Shown here: positions 39,365 through 52,889 of the stretch, piece after piece
Layout: the number at the start of each line of letters is the position of its first letter
How positions within the stretch are numbered: position 1 is the first letter of the stretch
From: Prorocentrum cordatum
Lineage: Eukaryota
Assembly (NCBI GenBank): GCA_963575745.1
Contig: CAUYUJ010000026.1
Location: forward strand, 310,001-374,000
Reading direction: 5' to 3'
Length of the DNA stretch: 64,000 bases
Program-made: the position numbers and the translations under genes
Notes under the pieces: model-generated
Told to the model about the DNA's origin: nothing
Database searches by the model: none
The model's input: the letters and a program-made list of their open reading frames with translations, nothing else

Positions 39365-40939
39365 CAAGCGAGAGGAGACCGTAGAGGGGTGCAGGCCGAT
39401 GCTGCACCATGCAGCGCTCAGCCGCCCGCCCGGGCCGAAGCAGCGGCCCAAACGCATTGTCGCAGCACGCCGCCATCTGGGACGCCAAGAGCACGCGAAG
39501 CCTGGCTATCGCCAAAGCAGGCAATGGTGGAGGGGAAGGCGCGAGGGGGGAACGCGTGAGGGGAGAGATTGCCAGACGCACGTCCGCAGAGCAGCAGACA
39601 CATCTCGTACTTGCATAGACCGAACCCTCCGGGCACTGCCAGAGGCGGCAGCCCGCACAGAGCTCCCCCACGAGCCTGGAGCTGACGATTCAGAGCAGGG
39701 CAGCACGCCAAGGTACACGGGGCCGAGCCAAAGGGACGACCGGGACGACATCGAAGCGGACGGGTGCTGCTGCGAACGGAATGGCCAGGTGTCTCAGAAC
39801 GAGTAGCGACACGGAGCGGTGGCACGGCCCTCGGCCAGAGGCACCGGAAGCTTCACGTGCGTTTCTCGTTGCGCTGCGCCCCGCAGCCCCGCGCACGCCC
39901 TCGGCTCACGGAGGGACGGGCGGGGCCCGCTGGCCCGATGGCAGGCGGCCTTTTCCTTCTCCTCTCCCTGCCCCTGCGGCGCAGTTCGGCGGCACCCTGC
40001 TCCTGCGCGCGCGTGCTGGCAGGAGGGAGGGCCTCGGCCACCTTGCACCGGGGGTGCGCATCAAGAAACCACATGCGTTTTTCATCAGGGTCTCCTGGGT
40101 CTCTTCGCTCCGCGCGCTGCGCGGTGACTTCCTGCAGCCGTTGAAGAAGCTGCTGCGTTCAGGGTGCTCCAGTTCTTCCCTCAGATGCACTTCGCGCGCT
40201 GGTTTTCAGGGTCAGGCTTCTTGCGAGGGCGTCTTGCCGCCGCGCCCGCACTGTAGCCCAGGCCAGGCTGCAGAAGCGGCGTTGCCGCCGAAAGTTCACG
40301 CAGCGCGCCCGAACAAAAGCCAGCCGTCCCAACCCCGGCCCCGAGATCGCGAACAGGTGTGCTGCGCGCGCATATTCGGCATGGACGCAGGTGGGGCGGC
40401 TCGGGCGGGGCGGGAAGGCGGCGTGGCCGCCAAGAGCCCCCTCGGAGCGCCCGACGAGAGAGCGATCTGTCCCAACCACGGGCCCGAGATCGCGGACACG
40501 CGGCAGGGCCGCAGACGGGGCTGCCCCGAGCAAGGCGGGAAGGCGGCGTGGCCGCCGAAAGCCCACTCGCAGCGCCCGAACAGAAAGCGGGCCCGAGATC
40601 GCCAAATGCTGTGCTGCGCGGGGCAGCACGAGCGGGGCGGGACCGGCCGCGGCGGCGAGGGAGCTGTCTGCAAGGGGCAGGGCGCCCGGCGCGCCTCGGG
40701 CCCTCCCGCCGGCGCGGGGCGGGCCCTCCGTGGCTCGATTCGGCGGCGAGCCCAGGGGGGGAGGTTGGTCAAGCAGTGGCGAAGCGTCCTGGCGCGCCTA
40801 TAGGCCCACCAAGCATTGTTCTAAGAACCTGTTGCGGTGTCTACAGCATGCTATCGGAACATGTTTGGACCTCGGGCGTCTGTTCTGAGAGCCTTGCTCT
40901 TGTTCTGAGAACGTTCTTGGGCTCCGCGTCGCGAAAGGG

Positions 40940-42130
40940 GCCTTGGTAAGAGGGCCCGCTGGCACTACGAAGATCATTGCTGCATGGGCTGCGTCTGGAA
41001 GAGGGTGTCGCAGGCCCTAGACGACTTCGGCGGCATTGGCGACGGAGGCCTTGCCATCCGGGAGGTCAAGGCGCACGCGACGGTGAAGGATGTGCGCGAT
41101 GGGGTTATCTCAGCCAGGGACCGCCGCGGCAACATGGAGGCCGACAGGTGCGCGAAGTTTGTGGCTGATGCGGCGCGGGCCCCAAGCGACCTCAGACAGG
41201 CGCGGCAGCGACGCGCGCTCACGCTGGACGGGGTGGTCTTCTGGGTGACCAGGGCTGGTTGCGAGGCCGCCGGCTTGAAGCTCGACGTGGATTTCGACTT
41301 TCGCGAGCAGCGCAAGGGGCCGCAGCTGCCCATCACCAGGCGCGACCTCATCGAGCTGACGGGCGGAGGCACACACTGCAGGGTCTGCCTCGGGTCGGCG
41401 TTCACGTCCCAGGGGGCCAAGCGTCTGCTGGGCGACCCGTGTATTCCGAAGCCCTTCGCCGCCGACGTCAGCGGCGCACGCCGCAGGCCAGCGGCCTCGG
41501 CTCCCCCTGCGGCCGGTGCTGCGGCGGTGGCGCTGGCGGCAGCCAGGCGCCTCGAGGCAGAGGCCGGCGGCGTGCAGGACGACGCCCCTGCAGCCTCGCG
41601 TGGTAGGCAAACCGTCCCTCTGCCGCCGCGCAGGGCCCAGCTGCCGCCGCGTCCGACGGCGGCGAGCGGGCGGGCGGTGCGCAGGACGGCTTCCCCGCGG
41701 CCGCTCAGGGCATCCTGGGCGTCCAGACTGACAGCGGCGCCCGAGGCAGCACGCAGGCCGACCACCCTGCGGCTGCCCGCGGCCTAGCGCCTGCCACGAC
41801 CGACGGCTGCGGTCGGGACAGCGGCAGCGGGATGCAGGTTGACTCCCCTGCGCCCGCGGGCTCTGGCAGCACCAGGGCGGCCAGCGACGGAGGCCACCAG
41901 CTGATCAGCATGGGCGGCTACAGAGTGCGCACCAGATGCAGAGCCTACGCCAAGGAGGTGAAAAGGCAAGCATCGCTCGCTGGGCAAGACCTGCGAGGTG
42001 GTGTCGGGCAACGCCTTGAGGTTGAGGAACCTCAAGATCGAGAACATCCGCCAGGGCCGCGGTCCCAAGACGGGCAGGCGGCCTGGCGGAGCGTGATGCT
42101 CGGCTGCGGCAACGCTCGAGAGATTTGTCT
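40940..42130 (+). pseudogene. 3' part of a non-LTR retrotransposon with an RNase H domain and Cys/His-rich tail
   Basis: VWKRVSQALDD..LAIREVKAHAT..ISARDRRGNMEADRCAK is an RNase H C-terminal V.AH / GN..AD..AK pattern. Downstream are HCRVC and GHQL..RCRAY zinc-knuckle-like remnants. Confidence 0.75.
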
Positions 42131-42738
42131 TTGCATTTTTCTCACAGGCTGTTCAACAAGAGTGGCTGCCGTCAGCCCGAGCCTCCACAGCGGACGGTGC
42201 TCGCAGCGAGCGCCGCGCAGGCGATGTAAAGCAAAAGTGACTCCAATCCGCGGTGTTTTATGCACGTTTGTTCCTGTAGATTGCCCCCCTCTTCCTGGGG
42301 CACGAATCCTCCCCGGGATGCCCCAGGAGGCTCCAGGAGGCCCCAGGACGCCACGCGAGGCCCCAGGAGGCTCCAGGAAGCTCCAGGTCAAGGGGCCCCA
42401 GAAAGCCCCAGGCTCATTCGCAGAGACGCGCTCGTACTCCTGAGTCTCACTCACACCGTAACTCATTCACAGTGAGATTCGCTCCCAGACCAGCCAATCC
42501 TCAAGCCCGTGAGAATTCGACACTTTTTGCGCCTAGACGCCCACGGCGGACAGGCCCATGCCAATATATGCACATTTGGGAAGCCCCACGCAGTGAATAT
42601 TTTGTTGTTTACCACGTGGGCCCCCAGACGTCCCGACCCAGTCCCCGGAACCCGCCTTCTCAATCCTGGAGCATGGTTTGACGGTCATGGGGCGGGGCGA
42701 GGGCCCCGAACGCCCGAAGACACGGCAGAAGGAAAGAA

Positions 42739-42966
42739 TTGTTGACGCTCCGCGGATCCCCACCAGCCCATCCAGAATCGATGCCCAGAGGAATTGCCTC
42801 GATCAGGGAAGTTGGCACTCCCAGAGGAAACCATTATGATACATCTTGGGATATCTTGAGCCATGGGGAGGGGGTAGGGGGAGGGGTACACCCCTCCCCG
42901 AAGGAGAAGAAGGAGGGGTGGAAGAGGAAACGCCCTAAACCACCGACGCCCAGAGGGCTGATGGGA
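42739..42966 (-). mobile_element. Short (228 bp) element with the same Helitron/Helentron-like end grammar
   Basis: A|TTGTTGA-CGCTCCGCG-GATC-CCCACCAGCCC ... GGGCTGATGGG-A|T. Internal palindrome GGGGAGGGGTACACCCCTCCCC. Confidence 0.6.
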
Positions 42967-43884
42967 TTAGTGGACACCCCCCCGCCCCCCCAAACTCAAG
43001 GCTGGCACGCGCGGGGAAGCCTGCGGTCGAGGTGCAGCTCATTCAACCCACCGCCAGCATTGATCCTTGAGGGTGGGGGACATGGATGGATGAATGCGGC
43101 AGAACTGTTCGCCAATTTTCCGAGGCCTGTAGCAGCACTGCAGAGGCCCTCCGTCATTTTTCTCGAGGCCCGAGGTCATCCGGCCCGCTCGCTGCCCGGT
43201 GGCCCAGGCTCGCAGCCCACACTCCTTGGACGAGGGGCGGCAGCACAACAGGCGGGCGACCAGACGCAGCCCTCGCACCATGCCCGGGCCCCGCCCAGTC
43301 CGAGCGTGCGGGAGAAGGGGCGGCCAATCGCGGGCGATGTCCCGCCGCCGATTCCAGAGTTCGCCTCCAAACACTTTGCCGTTCAGAGAATCTAGGCCTC
43401 CCAGATGGGGTCCGAGGAGACGGTGTCGAAGGATCGCGCCGCACCGCCGATGCATCGCCGATGAGGCTCGATGTGGAGTCCCATGCTCTCTGCGGTGGCG
43501 CCGCCGATGCATCGCGATCCTCCGACCCCATCTACGAGGAGGCCTCTAAAGAAGAAGTGGGGATTCGGGGGGGTTGTAACACCCAGGGAACTGGCGAGGC
43601 CCGCCGCGGCGACAAGGGCGCCTGCGGGGGGCCCAGAGAGGAGCAAGCAGACGCCCAGGGGCGTCGTTCTTTCGTTTCTGCTCCCTACCTCCCGCCCCGC
43701 GTGGTTCCATCCCCCGATCCCTCCCTCCCCTCTGCTCCCCCCTGATACGAAGGCAGCCAGTCCTCGAACGCTGGCAGCCTGGTCGCCGGGCTCAGCGACG
43801 CCGTGAGCTCTGGCAGCTTAACCGACAGCCTGACCTCGGCGCTCTCAGACCTGGTTGGGGCGGAGGAGGGTGGGCGGGTCGAGG

Positions 43885-44362
43885 GGGAGGAGGAGGAGGA
43901 GGAGGAGGAGGAGGAGAAGGAGGAGGAGGAGGAGGAGGGAGGAGGAGAGGAGGAGGAGGAGTGAGGAGGGAATAGGAGGAGAAGGAGGAGGAGGAGGAGG
44001 AGGAGGAGGAAGAGGAGGAGGAGGAGGAGGAGGAGGAGGGGGAGGAGGAGGAGGGAGGAGGAGGAGGAGGAGCAGGAGGAGGAGGAGGAGGAGGAGGCAG
44101 GAGGAGGAGGAGGAGGAGGAGGAGGAGGAGGAGGCGGCGGCGGAGGATGAGGAGGAGGAGGAGGAGGAAGCAGGAGGAGGAGGAGAGGAGGAGGAGCAGG
44201 AGGAGGAGGAGGAGGAAGGAGGAGGAGAGGGAGCGGAGGAGAAACGGAGGAGGAGGAGGGAGGAGGAAGAGGAGGAGGAGGAGGAGGCAGGAGGGAGAGG
44301 GAGGAGGAGAGGGAGGTGGAGGAGGAGGAGGAGAAGGAGGAGGAGGAGGAGGAGGAGGAGGA
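43885..44362. repeat. (GGA)n microsatellite
   Basis: Directly visible. Similar GGA/TCC tracts occur at ~5760-5910, 11690-11915, 15200-15405, 18865-19060, 31580-31765, 36030-36176 and 48330-48440. Confidence 0.95.
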
Positions 44363-47300
44363 GCAGACGCTTGCGCCAAAGGTTGCGCGATCGGCGGCCG
44401 ATCATCAAACGCCTGCCATCGGTGGTGCTCTGCAGCCGAACACAGAACGGCTTGCTGACGGGTGCGACCAGGCCAATCCAGCCCGGTCATGTAACCACTC
44501 GGGTGTTAGATAACGGGGAGCCAGAGGAGGAGGGGGAGGATGAGGAAACCAGAGCAGAAGGAGGAGGAGTCCAGAGGCGGAGGAGGGACAACATGAGAAG
44601 GAGCAGCAGAAGGAGTAACATGTCGAAGGGTGTCTCAAGAGCTGGCTCTACCAGTGTTCGCGTGTGTTCATTTTTGTTTTTGTTGTTGTGCTCTTGCTCA
44701 CTTCTCCTGGTCGGGTGTTAGATTCCCTGTCCGTCTTCCGGTGTGACTGGCAGTCGTTCTGGTATTTGAGTTCTTTTCTTGCTCGTCTGTCTGTCTGTCT
44801 GCCTCCGTCTGTCGTCCTGGCCCTCCGCATGACTGGGCGTCCGCCTGCCTGCCCGTCAGTCTATATAGTGGTTGGCCTGCTTGCCTGGTTGTGTGTCTGA
44901 TTGCCTGTTTGCTTGGTTGTGTACCTATGGGTTTGTACCTTCTTATTTCGTTTCATTGTTTCTGCCAGATTGTTCACACCTCTGCGTGTGGACTCGTGGC
45001 TAGCTATCAGCTTGCTGGCCCGCCTTTCTGTCCGCTGGTGCGCTTCTTTGGTATGTTGGCAGTAAGTTGGGCAGCAATTTGTAAAGCTGGTTGTGCGTGC
45101 GTGTGAGTGTGTGAGTGCGCGCGCGCGTGCGCGTGCGTTTGTGTGTGTGAAATGTATATGCGTCACCTTGGATTACCGCCCCTGCGGGGCTCCTGTTTGC
45201 TGCCGCGCGCCCCCCCTGCAGCGTGCCCCCTGGTACGACTGGCTGCCTGTCCTGCCGCCGGCGCCGCCGGTCCCGCTGCTGCTGCCCAACCCGCCGCCGC
45301 CCCTTTGGGGCATGGCCCGCCGGAGCTCGTTTGGCGCCGCCACCCGCTGCTGCCGCTGCCCGCCGCTCCACGCCACTGCCCCGTGAGGGGCCGGACTCCC
45401 CCCTTACACTTGCTGGCATTCTAGGGTCGATCTTTAGTAGCCTCGTTGAGTCCAGTTTTGACTCTCTGAGCGCTCGGGCGGCTTGGACCGAGATACGTGC
45501 GAACGAAAAGTGAGCGCGAGTGTGTGTATGTGTGTGGGTGTGTGCGTGTTTGCGTGCATGTGTGAGCTGAACCGGCCCGCGCTCTTCCGTTTGATTTGCC
45601 CTACGGCGCGCCGCCGCGCGCGTGCCCGCGGCGCCAAAACATGTGTACGTTTGTGTGTTTGTGCGTGTGCGTGTGTGTGTGTGTGTGTGCGTGTGTGTGT
45701 GTGTGTGTGCGTGCATCTGTGTTTGCGTGTTCCAGTTTAGCGCTTCGCGACGATGCTGTCACTTCGCCGTTGGAGGAACATGTGTGTGCCGTTGTGTTGT
45801 TGTTGTTGTTGTTGTTGTTGTGTGGATTAATATGGGTGTTTGCCTGTACGGCTACTTACCTCTTTCGCTCTGAATGCATGCTGGTGTGGATGTGTGTTAA
45901 CTTATGTGCGGATGTGCTCGATTGGCTGGCTGACCTAGTGTCTTCGGTCAGGTGGGGGGATGTTAGTTTGTTTGGGCATGTACTTCTCCAAGTCCGTTTG
46001 TCTGACGGTATGCTTGACTACTTGCTTGTGTGCTTGTCTATGTTGCTTTGTTTGTTGTCCGTTCGCGCGGACTGTTGGCAGTCTGCTGGAGAGGATTCGG
46101 AGGATCAGAAGGAGGAGTGATTTGAGGAGAAGGACGACGAGGTGGAACACTTCAGCTTCCAGGCATAAGCTGATCTCAAGGGTGCCGATCAGTTCGAGGA
46201 GGATGAGGAGGGGGGATCTGGAGCAGGAGCACCAGCAGAAGGACACGTAGGCAGCGGATCATGAGGAATAAGAGGGAGAAGTTGAGGAGAAGGGAATGGT
46301 GTCAGTGCCAGAGCAATGATGCGACCGCTTGGAAGGCCCCCCTAATCAATACTATCGCTGTGAAGTTTTATGTGGTCGGAGGCGAACGAGCACATGTGCC
46401 AGTTTTTATAGTGTTGATGGCCAGTCCTTCCTCAGAGAAGCGCAACGCGTCGGTAACACCTGATCTGAGCAGGGACCCCATGAGAGGGCGTTGGGCAGGG
46501 CGCCGTTTACTCCGTGACCGTGACGGGCGTGGAGGTGGCACCCTGCAGCCTCATTCAGTGCTGTTTCCGCGCGATTATGCTTGGGCTTCTCATCGTTGTC
46601 GTCTTCGCCGTCGTGGCCGACGCCGCCGCCCCCTCACGCTGCGCCCGCCCCTCTCCTCCTCTCCTCTTCCGCCATCTCCGTCCCGTGTCCCTGTTGCGCC
46701 TCCCCCCACCTCGACCCTCCTGTGCTGACAGTGGTTAGTTGCGCTCTCGGGTTTTGCGGCCACTCGCCTGCCGCCTTGTTCTGCCGCCGCCGTATGGTAG
46801 AACCCAGGGCAACGAGACCAACTTGATTATCGCACCCGAGGGTTGTTAAACAAAGTATGTACGTTTGGATCCTCAGGTCCTAATATACTCTAGGGGCCTC
46901 CTCGTCTAAAGGGTCGCGTGGTGTTCCCTCGTCCTTCGTCTTCAGGCGGCTGGCGCAGATCCAATCTGTTTCCAGCGCCTTACTCCTTCGTGCTTCTGCC
47001 CACTTGTTTCGACCGACAGGTGGTGGAAAGCAGCGGCTTTCTGTCAGTTCTAGTATTTGCTTCAGGAGGGACCCCCGACGGCATGATTTTTCATGACGCG
47101 GATCTGGGGAGGTCTTGACCCCTTCCCCGGGACCAGCTTTTCATCCCGAGTCGTTCGGTGACGGTCCCAGGGCCCCGCGAGGGCCCCCGCAGCCCGGAAA
47201 GAACAACACACACAGACGTTGGTCGTGGTTCTTGCCGCGACGCGAGGGAGTCTGGGACAGCTCCCTCGTCTCAGAGGCCCTCAGCTGCCGAAGCTTTCAG

Positions 47301-48983
47301 GCGATGTTTCGCCTCGAACACCCGCGACTTTTCGAGTCAAAGTGAAGCCGCTCAGAAGAGGAGGGAAGCTCGGGGATACACCCCCAGTGGGCTATTCGAA
47401 CGCACCCCTATGGAGGATGCACGCCCCCTTCGTAGATCCCTGGGTTGGGCCCCAGATTTCTCGCCCCGTCGAAAACCCCATGGAGCCTGGCACAGGGGTC
47501 CGCATATCCCCCGCTAGAAGCGGCTCCGAAGCCCGGGCCAGCGGAGGAAAGCTCAACTGGCCCCCGTGCTTGCGGCTCCGCCCCGGCCCACAGGGGGGCA
47601 CCCCGGGCGTCGCCCGAGGGCTGCGGCTCGACTTCTCGCGCTGCCGCCGGGCCGCCACCAACAGGCCCCCATGGGCGGCGCAGTGGGCGCTTCCGAGCAC
47701 GCTTGCCCCCTTGCCAGGGAGCCCCCTTGGCGTCGTGACGTCGGGCGCCCGGGTCCCCCGCTCCACCCCCTCCCCCTTCTGCCTCCGCCCCCCTGGCATC
47801 GCTCGGGCGAGTGCATTTTTTCCTCGGCGAGGGCCATCGAGGAGCACCCTCGATCATCGAGCCGCAAGAACACACACGAAATCGACAAATGCACGGGGAA
47901 TGGACGTCCGAGCGATGGCGAGCCCCCCCTCCCCTCCCCCCTCCTTGCCTGGGCCACCGGCACCACGCGGCGAGCAGCCCCGAGCCATCTCCAGCGCGGG
48001 CGATGAGGCGAGCGGGCCAGCGTGCGAGGGCGGGACGGTGCGCACGACGGCCTCCGACGAGGCCTCCGCTCGGGAGCCTGCGGAGGCCTCCCCTGGGGCC
48101 CAAGAGGCCTCCACGCCCAACGGCTTGCCAGAGCGCGCGAAATGAGGGAGCTCGAGCTAGAGCCTGCAGTCTGAACTGCGGAGGTCGCGGAGGGAGAGAG
48201 ACAGAGAGAGAGAGAGAAAGAGAGAGGAAGAGAGAGAGAGAGAGAGAGAGTGAAGCCCAGGCGGGCGGAGCAGGAGCGACAGGAGGCGGATGTGTGAGGA
48301 GCAGCATGGGGAAAGGAGCCAAGAGCAAGGAGGAAGAGGAGGAGGAGGAGGCGCAAGAAGAAGGAGGAGGAGGAGGAAGAGGAGGAGGAGGAGAAGCAGG
48401 AGCAGGAGTAGGAGCAGGAGGAGGAGGTGGAGGAGGAGGAGGGGGGCGAGGCATCGGCAGCATTCGCAACAGAAGCGGTGTACGCATCGGCAGCAGCCTC
48501 ATTTACCATGATGAGGGTGATGAGAAGACAGAGGATCCCATATCCCCGACGTTATAACTGTTGACCACATCGACCCCCCGAGGTCTTGCACCATCCCCCG
48601 GGACCCGCTATTCATCCTGACTGATTTTTTGACAGTCCTGGGGCCCGGCGAGGTCCTCCTAAAGCAGTCAAATACAGCAACACGCCCATCGTGTTTTTTT
48701 ACACGACACGATGGAGTCTAGGTGAGGAGGAGGGAGGAGGAGGAGGAGGAGGAGGAGGAGGAGGAGGAGGAGGAGGAGGACAAGGAGGAGGAGGAGAAGG
48801 GTTTGTTGCTGGTTTTGAGACTGGGAGCGGCAGCAGATTCCTCCCTGGTTGCTTTTTTGCCTCCCTGATTCCGGGGCGGCGCGCCGTGCACAGGCCGACG
48901 TCTTCACGAGCACGACCACGGTCTCCACGGGGTCCGAGACCACGACCGGGACCACGAACACGACCACCTCGACAGAGACCGTC

Positions 48984-49180
48984 TCGGGCCGAACGAAAGG
49001 GGGGGGATAAGGAAAGGGGGGGGGTACGAAATCTGCTGCATGCAGCTGGTTTCGGCCCGCCACAAGGCCAATTCCTCGATACATGGGCGCCTCCCGGCGC
49101 CGGGAGGCGCCGGGAAAATTAGCTACGTGAGCTGATTCTCAACCCCCCCCTTTGCTATCCCCCCCTTTCGCCCGGCCCGA
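48984..49180. mobile_element. MITE-like element with ~45-bp imperfect TIRs
   Basis: TCGGGCCGAACGAAAGGGGGGGATAAGGAAAGGGGGGGG ... CCCCCCCCTTTGCTATCCCCCCTTTCGCCCGGCCCGA. Confidence 0.6.
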
Positions 49181-49319
49181 CCGTCGACTACCGCACGACC
49201 ACCGAGACGGGGACGGCCACTGTCCGCGAGGCTTCCTGTGCCCACGCCGCCGGCCCCCGACGGAGCACAGCGCTGCCGACCCCTGGCGACAAGCGGGAGC
49301 TGCCAGGGGGGGAGGGGCC

Positions 49320-49580
49320 GTCACGACTTTCGCCAGCGCCGTCTGGGAATGCTTCGGAATGGCTACACGCCGGTCGTTGAAAGTAGGTATTGTTGGACTC
49401 CCAGATCCCAATCTACTTCAATCGTCTTCCTACTTCAAGAGTCGGCATGCTTTTGCTGTGTTGTGTTTTTCTTTGGGATGACCTGGACCCAATATACTAT
49501 ATCCACCTTCCTACTTCATGTTTCTACCTACTTCTTCCGACCGACGTGTAATTCCCAGACGGCGCTGGCGCGAGCCATGA
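49320..49580. mobile_element. MITE-like inverted-repeat element enclosing a smaller repeat also seen at ~31497-31565
   Basis: CGCCAGCGCCGTCTGGGAAT ... ATTCCCAGACGGCGCTGGCG (20-bp perfect IR). The internal GGTCGTTGAAAGTAGGT..CTTCCTACTTCAAG is shared with 31497-31564. Confidence 0.6.
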
Positions 49581-50117
49581 CATTACCGGGGTTGGGGGGG
49601 TGGGCAGGGGCGGTAATGGGCGTTATCGCGAATCAGAAATATATTGTTTCAAGGCGGATGGGCGAATGTGCGCCTGCTTGTTCCCCACGGGCGAACAGTC
49701 GGGAGCAGGGAAGTACATACAAGCACACAGTGGGACATATATGCCACCAGTGCTGAACATATATACCTCTGTAAGATCCTCTTGAAGGCCGCTTGGTGTC
49801 ATCTTGCAGGTCTCTCGGGGGCCGTCGTGACGCATTTGAGACCCGCTTCGATCTTTGTTGTGGCACTCTTTGAGGCCGTGCGAGCCGTCTCGGAGCCATC
49901 AACGAGGCCATCGGTCCAAAAGAACGGAGGCGTTTCTAGCTAGCCAGAAAAATCAACCTGTTGGGCCACGTCGGGGCGCTCTGGGGGCGTTTTGGGAGCA
50001 CGTCGAGGCCGTATTGGAGCGATTCTGAGCCTCTTTTGGGGCTCTCTTGGGCTGTCTTGGAGTCACTTGAGGCATCATAAGCCCATCGGAGGCGAAAAGG
50101 CGAGAAGGTAAACCATG

Positions 50118-50119
<2 letters not shown>

Positions 50120-50164
<45 letters not shown>

Positions 50165-50385
50165 GTATATTTATATATAATGTATGTTCGTATATAAACA
50201 TATATAATACATACATAAACACATACACATCCATTGCATACATTTATATACTGTGCACATGAACATATGTAGTGTAACTATGTGTGTGCGTTCCTGTAGT
50301 GAGGGGTATGTATATATATATTTAGATATATTTATACAGATATATGTGTATATATATATACATATGTATATATACATATATATGT
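50120..50385. repeat. (AT)/(ACAT) microsatellite
   Basis: Directly visible. Confidence 0.95.
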
Positions 50386-50559
50386 GTCCTCTGGCATCTC
50401 GGATGTAGCCTTGGGAGGCTCCACGGTCACCTTGGAGCCGCTCTGGGGCTCAGTGGTCGTGTCGGAGCTCTTCTGGAGCCCCTTCTCGGAGGGCATATTG
50501 GGCATTTTGGATGCGCCGCGGGGTGGCTCTGGAGGCTCCGGGGCTGGGTGGGGCGTCGA

Positions 50560-51407
50560 GGAGCTCGCATCCCCCCCTTCGACAACACTTTGGACCCCCT
50601 GAAGAGAGGGAACAACGGGCATGGATCATCGCCGCCGACACGGCACAGGGCGCGCAGGAGCGTTCGGGGGCGGTCCAGAGGGGAGCGAGGACTAGGGGGG
50701 GAGGCCCTGGGCCGTGCACATGCCTCCGGCCATGATTTGCGAACCTCCCCCAAGTCCCTAGATTGCCCTGGGTGCGCCTACGTCGCAGGCTCTTGGCTCG
50801 AGCTCAGACTGCACCTGGCTCGACACCCTCCATTTCTTCCAGACCAGAGAGCCCCAGCTACTGTGGGCAAAAACATCCTCTATGGCGGCGGCAAGCTCAA
50901 GCTCGGGCAGCGTGCCGCAGTGGATGGCCGACGCGGGCATGGACCTCGACGTCGGGTGGGGCCTCAAGAAGAGCAACAAGAGGGAGCTCGCATCCCCCCC
51001 TTCGACAACACTTTGGACCCCCTGAAGAGAGGGAACAACGGGCATGGATCATCGCCGCCGACACGGCACAGGGCGCGCAGGAGCGTTCGGGGGCGGTCCA
51101 GAGGGGAGCGAGGACTAGGGGGGGAGGCCCTGGGCCGTGCACATGCCTCCGGCCATGATTTGCGAACCTCCCCCAAGTCCCTAGATTGCCCTGGGTGCGC
51201 CTACGTCGCAGGCTCTTGGCTCGAGCTCAGACTGCACCTGGCTCGACACCCTCCATTTCTTCCAGACCAGAGAGCCCCAGCTACTGTGGGCAAAAACATC
51301 CTCTATGGCGGCGGCAAGCTCAAGCTCGGGCAGCGTGCCGCAGTGGATGGCCGACGCGGGCATGGACCTCGACGTCGGGTGGGGCCTCAAGAAGAGCAAC
51401 AAGAGGG
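50560..51407. repeat. Apparently exact tandem duplication, period 423 bp
   Basis: GAGCTCGCATCCCCCCCTTCGACAAC starts at 50561 and 50984, and the ORF translation repeats identically. Confidence 0.9.
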
Positions 51408-52182
51408 GGGCCGACCTCGGCTCCACAGCAGAGGTCGAGCAGCGCACGGCGGCGAGGCACAAGAAGGGCGAGGAGTGCTCGCGGACGCGAAGTCGGCCGC
51501 GGGCAAAGGAGCCAGCAAGGCGCAGGTGGTGCAGCAGCTCGTCGCCATCGTAGGCAAGCTCGTGCTGTCGCTCGCGGGATACCTGCGCTCGGTCCTCAGC
51601 GTGGTGTTCGTCACGGCGCTGGTGCCAGTGGGCTTGCCGTTCATCAAGGCGGCGACTCAGGCGGGCAAGGACTACCACGAGGATGCGATGCAGCTCAGGG
51701 AGGCGCACAACACGGACGAGAACATCGACACTGCGCAGCTGGGCTCGCTGCGTCTCCACGTGTGGAAGGATTTCGTGCGTGCTCTTCTCGCGGGTACAGA
51801 GGAGGGCCAGGCCAGGGACACGCTCTCGAAGTACTGGGAGGATCACGTGATGCAGTACGACCTCAAGGATTCGGACCTGGACATCAAGTACTTCAGGGCG
51901 AGAGTCCCACAGGGGAAGGAGCTCCAGAAGCGCTCCAAGAGGATGGAGAACAACATCAGACTCCAGCTGGCCCTCACGACCACGCAGATCGCCACGGAGC
52001 TCAATCCCATCCTGCGCACGGAGATCGTACGCCACGGGGGGGAGATCACGATTGGAGCGGCGCCGAGGGGTGTTTTGGAGGTGAACTCGCAGGCGCTCTT
52101 GAACAAGCTCGAGCAAAGCTCGACGAAGTGGGTAGAAGGCGCATGCAGCAGCTCCTGTTCAGCGACGGGCTCGGGCAACTAA
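51347..52182 (+). CDS. Intronless, probably helical uncharacterised protein (possibly a retroelement ORF1-like gene), likely frameshifted near its 5' end
   Basis: The 3' ~230 codons of ORF 50344..52182 (VVQQLVAIVGKLVLSL..AGKDYH..LGSLRLHVW..YWEDHV..GAAPRGVLE) are complex and strongly GC3-biased. A plausible start MADAGMDLD lies in another frame at 51347. Confidence 0.55.
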
Positions 52183-52889
52183 TTGCACACGGGGTCGTCA
52201 GCAGGGAGGCTGCTTTTTCCTCCCTCACCTCTCCTCTCCTTTTGAGCTTTTCCCCCTCCGACTCCCAGGGCCGAAACATTCCTGCGGCCATACTTCAGCC
52301 GCGTCCAAGAGGGCGCGGGAAAGGGCAGAGGGAAATCCCGCCCCCCTTGAGCGTGCTGGCGTAGGCTCTGCGCCGTGTGACTTCGGGGTGGGATGCCGTT
52401 GGGCGCCCATCTCCTAGGTGACTCGCGAGCGGAACCGAACCCAGCATGGGTAGGTCAGAGTGGGCTGCCACCCCTGCGCCCTGTGCTCGTTCCTCTTGGG
52501 TTGCAGGGGGGTCAGCGTGTCTCCCGCCAGTGCCAGCGAGATCAACAGTTGCAGCCCAAACCTCGGAATGCCGCCCAGCGAAGCTTATCGGAGGGTAGAC
52601 CACCCATTCTCTCGTCGCCAAGGGATGTCTAAGTCTAAGTCTCCTCCTCGTCCTCCTCCCTTCTTCCTCCTCCCTTCCTCCGCCTCCTCCTCCTCCTCCT
52701 CCTTGGGGCGCCCCCCCCCCCCCCTGTGACAGCGCACGGGACGCCCCCGAAACGTTGCGCAGGAGCACTGCAGCAGGAGACGGAGAGCGCCCCCTCTCCT
52801 TCGTCGGCGCAGCTCCTCGCCTGCTGCGTACAGCGAGCGGTTCGAATAAGGAGCGCTTGCTTGTCAAACGGGGCCCGATCGTTCCCTAG

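Noticed and set aside
46090..46295. HSP90-like N-terminal motif (EVEHFSFQA) in an acidic frame
   Set aside because: Short resemblance only. The frame has several stops and no further HSP90 sequence.
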